This document shows, piece by piece, positions 16,356 to 30,978 of a DNA stretch of 64,000 nt. The stretch comes from the human T2T-CHM13v2.0 reference genome, Homo sapiens, in the NCBI RefSeq assembly GCF_009914755.1, contig NC_060941.1; one strand, given 5' to 3'. Each line of letters starts with the position of its first letter. Position 1 is the stretch's first letter. The notes under the pieces were generated by a model. The model was not told where the DNA came from, ran no database searches, and was given only the letters and a program-made list of their open reading frames with translations. A program made the translations under genes and the position numbers.

Positions 16356-17554
16356 CTACAAATGTCAAAGGGTAATTTTCCAAACATGGGGAGGTGGAGG
16401 GAAAATGGGAATAATTAGTTATGTAGTTATAAAAAAATTTTTCATTAAACATTACTAATTAGGTAGGAAGTACATGATTGCTTCTATCTAATGACAGTGA
16501 CTAAACCAAGGGGGGTGGTCTCCCAATCCCTCTCTCACACACAGCCTTTTTGAAAAGGTAAAGAGAAAGAACATACTGTCTATGGCTGCATTACTGAACT
16601 GCTAAAATGAAAAGATAATAAACTTAATATGCTAACTGAATGCTCTGCAAGTAAAACAATTCAGTTCTTATTAGTGAATGGTTAAGGACTATAAATAAAT
16701 AAATGAGACAGTAAGAAAAAGAAGAAAAACAAAGGCTTGGAAAAACCAGAGGCAAAGGAAGGCGAACAAGGTGGTGGGCGCGCTTCTGAAGCTGGGGTGG
16801 AGAATGCATTTGGTTCTGTCCCACTCCACTGTCACTCAGGCTGTGGGCTCTAAGGTGAGGTAGGAAGAGAGTCATCTTTACTGCATGGAATTGCTGAGAG
16901 CTCAGCCAGGCCTGGCACATGGAATGCGCTTAGTATGAGACTCTCTATCGTTTCTCTAAGCATTCCCTTCCCTTATCAAATGTTTGACCTTTGCAATACC
17001 AAAAGTGATATTGGACTGCCCTCATAAAGTGAATTTAGGCATTTTTCATATGTTATTGTCATTTCTGTTCCTTCTCTGTGAACTCTGCCCATTTTTTAAG
17101 AGAAAAATTGATTGGGCGAATGCATAGATGGGTGAATTAATAGGTATAATTTTCTTAATCATCCTATACACTAGAAGTGCTCAACCTCTTTCCTGCTTCT
17201 ATACTGTTCACACAGCTGCATGTGCCCATAAATAACCTCTTTCATTATAAAAAGTGATTTTCAATTAAAGAGGATTTAACCCATCTCCAAGGAGTTGATT
17301 TACAGTCTGAAAAAGCCACTCCAATCTTTTCCATTCTCCAGAAGCTGTTAAATTCACTATTTCAGAATGAGGTCATGCAAGGAGGGCAGGGGCAGTGCTT
17401 GCCTTGCTCAACACTGTATTTCTGGCACGCATGACAAGCCTCATATTTACAGACTGCCGGATTCTGCTTATTCATGTTCATGTAGGTGAACTTTGCTTTG
17501 CCTCAGGATGATGACATCCTATTGCTCTATTTAGCCTGGGCCATTACAAAGAAG

Positions 17555-17847
17555 GTTTTTTTTTTTTTTTTTAGGAGTCTTGTTCTCTTGCCCAGGCTGG
17601 AGTACAGTGGCACAATCTTGGCTCACTGCAACCTCCGCCTCCCGGGTTCAAGCAATTCTCTGCCTCAGCCTTCGGAGTAGCTGAGATTACAGGCATCTGC
17701 CACCAAGCCCAGCTAATTTTTGTATTTTTAGTAGAGACAGGGTTTCACCATCTTGGACAGGCTGGTCTTGAACTCCTGACCTCGTGATCCACCTGCCTCG
17801 GCCTCCCAAAGTGCTGGGATTACAGGCGTGAGCCACCACGCCCGGCC
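17555..17847 (-). mobile_element. AluS
   Basis: Poly(T) plus Alu dimer. Confidence 0.95.
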
Positions 17848-19502
17848 AAGAATGGTATTTTTAAAAATGAATTTCTACTTGTCTTCCATATTTAAACTAC
17901 CAATTATAATTTTAATTGATTTTTAAATCAATAATGCATGGTAGAAAATTCAAAGTGTACAAAGAATTGCACCAGTTTCACTTCAATGAAACTTACTTGT
18001 TCTCCCTATTATCAACCAGTATCTCCTATTTTTGTGATCTTTCCAGAAATATGCTATGCATTAAGAAATGTGTGTATGTGTGTGACCCTGATTTTTTTTA
18101 ACTTAACAATGTATCTTGTTATGTTGTGGGATCTTTCCTTAGTGTATAAAGCCAGCCCATTCTTTATAATGGATGCGTAGTATTCCACTGTATGGAGCTA
18201 TCACAATAATTTGAACCAGTTTCCTAAAGGTGGGCATTTAGGCTTTTTCTTTCCTTTTCTCATGACAAATAACACTCACTGAACAACTTAGCATTTTTAC
18301 CATCTACATAAATGTCACATTTTCCCATCGAGAACAGGGTGTGTCTCCTCACTTGTTCAAGTCTTCTTTTCTTTTTTGCAGCAGCACTGTAAAGTTGCCT
18401 TCATTTAAATCTTGCCCATTTCTTTTAAAATTTATTTTTAGGTGTTTTGTCTGTTTGTTGCAGTTGGAAATGTGGGTCTTTTCTTTCACTATATCTTCTG
18501 ATCGTTTATGTAGAGGAAAGTGACAGATTTTTTTAATGCAATTTGTACCCAGCCACTTTTCATGATTTCTTAATATATTTACAAATCAAAACACCTTAAA
18601 GCAATCTCTTAGAGTGGCAGTGGCAGGTTCAGTATTTATGAGGATAGACTTATAATTTTAAAGGGGTTCATTTTAAAATAAGACAATTCAATACCCAATA
18701 GTGGCTACAGTAACACACAGATGATCACAAAAAGCACTTAATATTTGTGCCGTACTATATTTACATAGTTTACATCTATATTTATGGAAATAAAGATATA
18801 AATTTTTAGATGCCCCAAATTTTATGCACCTCCCTGAAACACCGTAGCAGGTGTGTGACTGTGAAACTTTTCTGCATTGATGATGAGTAAGTATTTGGAC
18901 AAATCTAGTCAGATCAACAGTGAAATCTATTGTTAAACCCTGGTTATATCTGCAGTACACAGATCACTGCCCGTCCAGGTGCCTCCCTCTCACTTTGCTC
19001 CTCTCCTGATTCCCCAGCCAAGCCCCCGTCATCTTGCCCGTGTTCTACTACAGTGGCCCCCTTGATGGTCTCTCGACCTGGCCCCATGCTCTACTCCACG
19101 TCTCCAACTCCTCTCTCCCTCTGGTCAGCTATATCCAGTCATACTGGCTTTCTAGCAGCTTAGAACATTTGTTAAGTTCTGTCCCATACAGGACCACTGG
19201 AATTACTCTCATTATGCCGGGAAACTGACCGAGGCTGGCAGCTTCTCATCCTTCAAGTAAGCCTAACTGTTGCCAATGCAGAAGCAACCTTCCCTGAACA
19301 GCTATCTCAAGCTGGCCTCCCAGTTCTATCACAGCACCCTTTCAGTGCATTCTCACAGACCTGCGGATTCACTGATTATTTGCCATTTATTGTTTGGCTC
19401 TACTAGAATGGCAGGGACTGTATCCCTGGTGCCTCGTATGTACTGGGCACACAGTAAGCCTTCATATTTGTTAAAAGAACAAACAAAAAGAAGGACGAGC
19501 TA

Positions 19503-19682
<180 letters not shown>

Positions 19683-20119
19683 TTAAATCACAACAACCTT
19701 TTATTCTGGAAACAATCTCAACAAAGCATAAATAGCTGTTTTACGGAATTTAATGTTATACAGCACTCAAAAAACCTGAGATGGCATTCACTGCTTAATC
19801 ATGTCTCAATTTTACACATCAATAGAAGGCAATATTAGAAGAATTAAATGAACACAGGGAATAACGAATTTGGGGGATGGGTAAAGATGCCTAATAAAAA
19901 TAAGCTCCTCCCCATGCGCCTGGGTCCTGGGTAGCACTGTCCGCCTGGATTCAGCTCAGTTAAGCTGGTACTTTCTCTCTGCTGTACCACCCAGCACAAG
20001 GACAAGGCGGCAGGGGCCCTTCTGTTGGTCTGGTTCCCGAAGTATGCAGATTTGTCTACTGGATTATCTATCTACCTGGGGAAAACTAGAGATTATAATT
20101 TGACATTTACTTTTTTTAA

Positions 20120-20433
<314 letters not shown>

Positions 20434-20579
20434 CCCTTTTAAATTTTTTCGAAAACGAAAAAGTAAATATACTTAAAAAAAAAAACTCATTTAGTACCTA
20501 AAAACACCCATGTAAGACAGTTTGTATTGATTCAGTTTGTTACATGTCAATCAGAAGGCCAAATGGCCATGGCTTATCA

Positions 20580-20756
<177 letters not shown>

Positions 20757-20982
20757 CTAAATCCTACATTTTTTACTTACAATCTACTCACAATATATTC
20801 AATAAACACTGGAAAAACCTTAGTAACAATTAAATTGTATTAAGAAATAAATAAAAGTCTTAAAATCAGACAAGTTTTAGGTCTAATGAAAAATACCTTC
20901 CATCTCTTCAAATTAATACACACTCATTTTTAGGCTACAAGAGATGGCTAGTCAGCATTTGACTGCCTTGCCTATTTATTCA

Positions 20983-21284
20983 TTTTTTTAGAGGCAGGTT
21001 CTCACTATGTTGGCCAGGATGGAGTGTAGTGGCTATTCACAGGCATGATCTCACTACTGATCAGCACGGGAGTTTTGACCTGCTCCATTTTCAACTTGGG
21101 CTGGTTCACTCCTCCCTAGGCAACCTAGTGGTCCCCTACTGCTGGGAGGCTACCATATACTGATGCTGAACATAGTGTAGACAACCGACGGGCATAGCAC
21201 GACAGCCTAGAACTCCTGGGCTCAAGCCATCCTCCTGCTTCAGCCTCCCGAGTAGCTGGGACTACATGGCCACTATGCCCAGCC
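20983..21284 (-). pseudogene. 7SL (SRP RNA) pseudogene
   Basis: Alu-like ends enclose the 7SL S-domain (minus strand GGAGCAGGTCAAAACTCCCGTGCTGATCAGTAGTG); diverged, with a short A-tail. Confidence 0.9.
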
Positions 21285-21791
21285 TCCTTACCTTTACAAG
21301 AGTGACCTGATCCTCCTCTATTTATGGGTCATTAAAAAATTTCAAAGCCAAGCTATACTAATATATGCCTTACTCTGCATTTTAGATGGCTCCATTTTAA
21401 GTCTATTTAACCATGGAAAAGCCATACGGAGGATGGAGGCCCAACCGCCAATCAAACTACTTTGACTGAATGACAGATGAATGGTCCTGGAAATCAACAG
21501 CCCTAATAGGAGGTGCCACAGCTTGGCCAGAAAATGGTGACCAAGAAGCAGCAGGAGAGGCAGGCCCCTTAGAAGAGCCACACAGAATTAAATTGTTATC
21601 AAGCCTCAAATTGGTTATAAAAAACGATTATTTCAAGGGCAGATAATGTGACTTTATGTCAGCCTTCACCCGCCACAGTGGACTGCGGATGCCTCCATGA
21701 GGCAAGATAACTAACTTGTTAGAATAATCAAGCAGTCAAGGCAATATAGAGATTCCTCACTTTTTCTCTCCAGACCATCTGAAGCAAACTG

Positions 21792-21915
21792 ATATATATA
21801 TAATATATATGTATATTATATATACATATATTTAATAAATATATACTTTATATCCATATTATATTTATATATTTATATTAAATATATATTTAATAATATA
21901 TTATATATATATATT
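21792..21915. repeat. AT-rich low-complexity / (TA)n tract
   Basis: About 120 nt consisting almost entirely of A and T. Confidence 0.9.
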
Positions 21916-22387
21916 TGGGTCACAAACTTTTGTTCCTGACCAATGCAAATTTAAAACCATTTTCGACATTTAAAAATGGGAATATTTCCTATTAAGATCT
22001 AGATTTCCATTTTTCTTTGAAAAGTCACTTATATTTGGCAATACTGGGCCTGTAATCCTGGCAAGGTGCACACTGGCTGGAACTCGGCAGCTGCACCACC
22101 CTCTCAGGTAAGTGTGTGACCTCCTGCGGCTGAGTTCTCCTCCCTCAATTCCCAAGGCCTCCTGCATGCTAAGGCAGAGACCACTGCTCCTTTTCATCCT
22201 ACACCCTGTCCCCTGTCCTCATTTATAGAATCAGAGGAACCCTCGTGTAAATACACGATGTTGTCACTCTACTCAAGGGTCCCTTCAGAAATGCTTCAGA
22301 GGTGCTTTTACGCTTGCACTGTAACACCTTCTTAGAGAGCACAACAAGCCATCGAAACAGAAATAAAGTCAGTATTCATCAGTTTAC

Positions 22388-22483
22388 CTGTATTTTCTGG
22401 CATGGAAGCTTGATCAGTATTTCTCTCCTTTTTGAAAGAAATATTTCCAAACTGTAGCACTGAAGATACTACTTTAAGCATTG
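22388..22483 (-). CDS. MYH10: MYH10 exon (~10), (S)[31 protein letters not shown](V)
   Basis: 96 nt, atgaag|CA ATG...ACA G|gtaaac; overlaps ORF 22332..22541. Confidence 0.97.
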
Positions 22484-22658
22484 CTTCATATTGATAAAAA
22501 GAAAAAAAAATTAATATTGCCTCAAAATGTAGCGGAGACATATTCTCATTTATTTTGTGCTAAAAATTAGCTATACAAAACTTTTCAGTAAGACATGTCT
22601 TTTCAGGATTTCATACAATTCATTAGTTTCCCAGTCATTTTCTAGTTTAGGTGATTTA

Positions 22659-22928
<270 letters not shown>

Positions 22929-23771
22929 TCAAACTGTGCCAGTGTCACAGGAGAGCAGTGGTCACCATGCAACCCATTGCCAGCAAAATGTTTTTTTTCT
23001 TTATATATTCATGTAAATACACAAACATACATTTTTTAATTATCTGTACCAACAAAGGAAAATGATGATGTTAACAACGCAAAAACCTTAACAGGAGTTT
23101 TGGGGATGGCAGTTTGTACAATATTCTGTTTGAAATTGGTTATCTGCGAAATGATGTCAATTGTCCAGATGACAAAACTCTATTGTTTTCAGATTTAAAT
23201 ATTTTAGCCCTCTTTTTTGAAGGAAAGCTTTTAAACTCATATTCTATATTCCTATCTTAGCAAGTAGTTTGCAGCAAACACTATGAAGTGAATATGAAAA
23301 CTACCATGGACATAAGCTAAAGATACAGTGATGTGGACCAAGCACGTCCCGAGCCCAGCAAAGGCCCTGAAACACTTTCTCCAAGCCAGCTTGCTTGGTG
23401 GTTAAGTTGCCTTTAGAATGATGATGTGATGTGGCGCAGCAGACTATTGTAACAGGTACCCGCACTGACTACTGTACCGTAGGAGACATGAATTAAAGAG
23501 AACTTACTCTTTTGACAAATGCATTCTTGAGAGCCAAAGAATATTTCTCAGGAGTGCTCAAAATAGCAGGGCTATTTATCGTTATAACAGATATGCAAAT
23601 ATGCTCCCAGCTTTCTTTGTGACTGGCTCTCTTGCTCTCCTGCAGAGAATTTCTGCAGGTCACCCTGTCCCCTTATTCTTGTCTACATCACATTTAACTT
23701 CTACAGGGTACTGCCTGCTGCTTTCTTTTTCTATTTCTTTCAACACTTTGATCATTTTAAAGAATTTACTC

Positions 23772-25245
23772 GCTCTCCCTCTCCCTCTCCCTCTCTTTCC
23801 ACGGTCTCCCTCTCATGCTGAGCCGAGGCTGGACTGTGCTGCTGCCATCTCGGCTCGCTGCAGCCTCCCTGCCTGATTCTCCTGACTCAGCCTGCCCAGT
23901 GCCTGCGATTGGAGGCTCGCGCCGCCACGCCTGACTGGTTTTGGTGGAGACGGGGTTTCGCTGTGTTGGCCAGGCCGGTCTCCAGCCCCTAACCGCAAGT
24001 GATCCGCCAGCCTTGGCCTCCCGAGGTGCCGGGATTGCAGACGGAGTCTCGTTCACTCAGTGCTCAATGGTGCCCAGGCTGGAGTGCAGTGGCGTGATCT
24101 CGGCTCGCTACCACCTCCACCTCCCAGCCGCCTGCCTTGGCCTCCCAAAGTGCCGAGACTGCAGCCTCTGCCCGGCCGCCACCCCGTCTGGGAAGTGAGG
24201 AGCGTCTCTGCCTGGCCACCCATCATCTGGGATGTGAGGAGCCCCTCTGCCTGGCTGCCCAGTCTGGAAAGTGAGGAGCGTCTCCACCCGGCTGCCATCC
24301 CACCTAGGAAGTGAGGAACACCTCTTCCCGGCCGCCATCACATCTAGGAAGTGAGGAGCGTCTCTGCCCGGCCGCCCATCTTCTGAGATGTGGGGAGCGC
24401 CTCTGCCCCGCCGCCCCGTCTGGGATGTGAGGAGCACCTCTGCCCGGCCCCGACCCCGTCTGGGAGGTAAGGAGCATCTCTGCCTGGCCGCCCCGTCTGA
24501 GAAGTGAGGAGCCCCTCCGCCCGGCAGCCGCCCCGTCTGAGAAGTGAGGAGCCTCTCCGCCCGGCAGCCACCCCGTCCGGGAGGGAGGTGGGGGGGACAG
24601 CCCCCCGCCCGGCCAGCCGCCCTGCCCGGGAGGTGAGGGGCGCCTCTGCCTGGCCGCCCCTACTGGGAAGTGAGGAGCCCCTCTGCCCGGCCACCACCCC
24701 GTCTGGGAGGTGTGCCCAGCAGCTCATTGAGAGCGGGCCAGGATGACAGTGGCGGCTTTGTGGAAGGGAGAGGCGGGAGGGGTGGGGAAGGGATTGAGAA
24801 ATCGGATGGTTGCCGTGTCTGTGTAGAAAGAAGTAGACATGGGAGACTTTTCATTTTGTTCTGTACTAAGAAAACTTCTTCTGCCTTGGGATCCTGTTGA
24901 TCTGTGACCTTACCCCCAACCCTGTGCTCTCTGAAACATGTACTGTGTCCACTCAGGGTTAAATGGATTAAGGGCGGTGCAAGATGTGCTTTGTTAAACA
25001 GATGCTTGAAGGCAGCATGCTCCTTAAGAGTCATCACCACTCCCTAATCTCAAGTACCCAGGGACACAAACACTGCGGAAGGCCGCAGGGTCCTCTGCCT
25101 AGGAAAACCGGAGACCTTTGTTCACTTGCTTATCTGCTGACCTTCCCTCCACTATTGTCCTATGACCCTGCCAAGTCCCCCTCTGTGAGAAACACCCAAG
25201 AATTATCAATAAAAAATAAATAAATAAATAAATTAAAAAAAAAAA
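23772..25245 (+). mobile_element. Full-length SVA retrotransposon (probably an older B/C-like subfamily), antisense to MYH10
   Basis: (CCCTCT)n head, Alu-like region, GC-rich VNTR (~24160-24710), SINE-R, AATAAA and poly(A); TSD AAAGAATTTACTC at 23759-23771 and 25246-25258. Confidence 0.97.
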
Positions 25246-25987
25246 AAAGAATTTACTCCTATTGCAGTTATTGCCAGTCTGAAAGCCTGAGCATTTTCTT
25301 CTCTTCAGTGTTACATACTGCATCATCTTGAATTTTTAGTCTCTCCTTGGCAATAACTATTTTTTTGTTGCTTGATTTTTCCCTTGCAGGTCGTTCTCTG
25401 ATTAATTTTTGGGTTCAAAGGTTTCACAGATGTCTGTGGTTAGCAAAAGCCTGGATGCCAGATGAGAAAACTTTTACTGTATATGTGTCTACTTTGATAT
25501 CTAGATAATATATATAATAATCATGCAGAAACACTAAATTTGAGAATCAGAAGAGATGGGAAAGTTATACATCTTCTCCTCTCCCTCAATATATTTCTAA
25601 CCCAGCAAAATTCTGACCCAGACCTGAGCTCTCCTTTGTACCTGCCCAACTCTAAACTTCTAGTCCTTGTGATCCCTGACATTCAATCAATCAATATCCA
25701 CCACAGGCTCTTTCTAGTACTAGTGGAAGCAATAACATATATTCAGTTGTAAATCTAGAAATAAAAATATTTATTCTACTTAATTTCATTAGGTAAATTT
25801 CTTTTCCCTTACTTTCATATTTTAAAACGTTGAAACAGAGTTGTAAAATACGCATCATTTGTCTTCTAATTTAAAAAATTTTAAAAAAGAAATAAAAGTA
25901 CAAAAGATTATATTATCTACAATACCTGCCGCTTAAAATAAAGTACTTACCCCATGGCATGGAAGTTCAATTTCATTTTGATTTTCA

Positions 25988-28181
<2,194 letters not shown>

Positions 28182-28681
28182 TTAGTTACAATAATGGATC
28201 TTATATATTGCCTCAAACAAAAAGAAAAAAGAAGAAAACAGGCTGTGATACATTTCAAAAAAGTAGCAACAGAATAGGCTATTTTCCTGGACTATAACAT
28301 AATAAAATTAGAAATTATTAATAAAAGAAAGTAGTGAGATCCCAGTCATTCAGAAGTTTTTAAAAGCTCTTCTAAATAATCTGAAATATGAGAGATTTTA
28401 ATAGTTTTAAAGGACCACTCTATCCAGCACTATAATGGTAGATTTAAAAATCTGAATAGTATAAATGATTTCCTAGAAAAATAGAAATCCATTCAAGAAA
28501 AAAAAAACCCGAAAACTTAACCCATAAAAATAAAAAATAGTAAAACAGAATTATTTCTTTAAAAATGCTGGATTAGTCTTATGAAAAATTTTACAAATTT
28601 CTAAGGAATATTTGATTTCTTTACTATACATAACTGTTTTAGGGAAAGAGGAAAATCGTGATTATTTCATCATTCATTTTA

Positions 28682-29050
<369 letters not shown>

Positions 29051-29060
29051 TTATATCTTA

Positions 29061-29204
<144 letters not shown>

Positions 29205-30850
29205 TTAAACATGTTAAACATTTTGCAAAACAAACATAATGATCAAGAATGGTTTATTCTAGGACTGCTAAGAAGGACTGACACTAGTAAACATACCAGT
29301 ATTATTCATCATATAAACAGTCAAGGGATTGGAGGGCTTCCTTTGAGGAAACTGACAAGCTGTCTCAAGTTTATTGGGAAATCGAAAAGGACTTAGACTA
29401 ATCACAACAATTCTGAGAAAGAAGACCAGGGCTGGGGGAATCACACTACTTGATTTCAAAAAGCTATAAATTTACTAGGACAGTGTGGTATTGGTGTAAA
29501 GACAGAGATACAGATTAGTGAAACAGAAGACAGTCCAGGAATTGATCATGTATGTAAGTTAATTCATTTCAACAAATGTGTCAAGGTAATTTAATAGGGA
29601 AAGGAAGGACAGTCTTTTCAATAAATGGTGCTTGAAAAATATGCAAAATGAAACAAAACAAAATTAAAGGAACCTAGACTTTTACCTTACACTACATATA
29701 AAACTTAACTCAAAGCAGATCACATACCTAAATACATGGGCTAAAACTATAAAACTTCTCAAAGCAAACAGGAGAAAATCTTCATGACCTTAAATTAGAC
29801 AAGGATTTCCTAGACAGAATGCAAAAAGCATGAACCATAAAATTAAAAACTGGTAAAATGGATTTCATCAAAATTTAAAACTTTTATTCTTCAAAAGATA
29901 CCACAAAGAAAATGAAGAGAAGCCACAAACTGGGAGATAATATTTGGGAAACACATGTGATAAAAGGCTTGTTGCCAGAATATACAAAGAACTCTTATAT
30001 TTCAATAGTAGGACAAACAACCCAATAAGAAAACAGGGTAAGTGATTTGAATAGACACTTCATCACAAAAGATACGTGAATGGCCAACAAGTATATGAAA
30101 AGATGTACACTATCATTAGTTATTAGGGAAATCTAAGTAAAAACAGCCACGATGAGACACCACTATATACCCACTAGAGTGGCTACACATTTTAAGAAAG
30201 ACTAGCAAAGATACAGAATAACTAGAACTATCAGACAACCCTGGTGAGAAGGCAAAACGGTACAGCCAGTTTGCCAGTTTCTCACGGCGTCAAACACAGA
30301 TTACTCTATGACCCAGCAATTCCATTCCTGGGCGGGGTTTCACCCACGAGAAAGGAATGCATGCATCCACATGGACTTGTACATGAATGTCCCCAGCCAC
30401 TTTATTCTTAATAGCCCTAAACTGGAAACAACCCAATGTCCACCAACTGGTGAATGGATGAAGAAATCGTGGTATATTCACAAAATGGAACACTACTGAG
30501 CGATGACAAGGAATAAACCAGGGACACACCCAACAACGTGGATGGATCTAAAAAGCATTCTGCTGTGTGAAAGAAACTAGACATAAAGCACTACATACTA
30601 TATGATTCCATGTACTTGACATGCCAGACGTTACTGAAAACTCTAGGGACAGAAACAGGTCAGTGGTTTCAGGGGCAGGGGCAGGAGGAGGGAACTGACA
30701 ACACAAAGGCAAAAGAAACCTTTCTGGAGTAAGGGAAACATTCTTCCTCTAGAGCATGGTGCTCACTACACTACGTACACATTTATCTAAACGCACTGAA
30801 CTGTACACTGAAAAAGGTGAATTTTATTGTATGCCAACATTTCAAAAACA
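29205..30850 (+). mobile_element. Old L1M (decayed ORF2 C-terminus and 3'UTR)
   Basis: L1 motifs such as ATGACCCAGCAATTCC and AACTGGAAACAACCCAATGTCC; no long ORF. Confidence 0.85.
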
Positions 30851-30923
30851 ATCAAGGGAGAGATCTTAGGAACTCCTAGATAAATGCCAATTTTAAAAAT
30901 ATAACTCAACATCTGTTTTTGAC

Positions 30924-30978
30924 AGATGAGCATGGCCCCTGTGCAAGGATGACATTCGGATCTGTGAAGCATTCTATA
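30924..30978 (+). pseudogene. U6 snRNA pseudogene fragment (3' half)
   Basis: AGATGAGCATGGCCCCTGTGCAAGGATGACA...GTGAAGCATTC resembles U6 AGATTAGCATGGCCCCTGCGCAAGGATGACA...GTGAAGCGTTC; followed by an A-rich tail. Confidence 0.8.

Noticed and set aside
24160-24710. Tandem ~37-50 nt GC-rich repeats that superficially resemble a CRISPR array, plus several overlapping ORFs
   Set aside because: This is the SVA VNTR: there are no unique spacers, no cas genes, and the context is eukaryotic. The ORFs arise from stop-poor GC-rich sequence.
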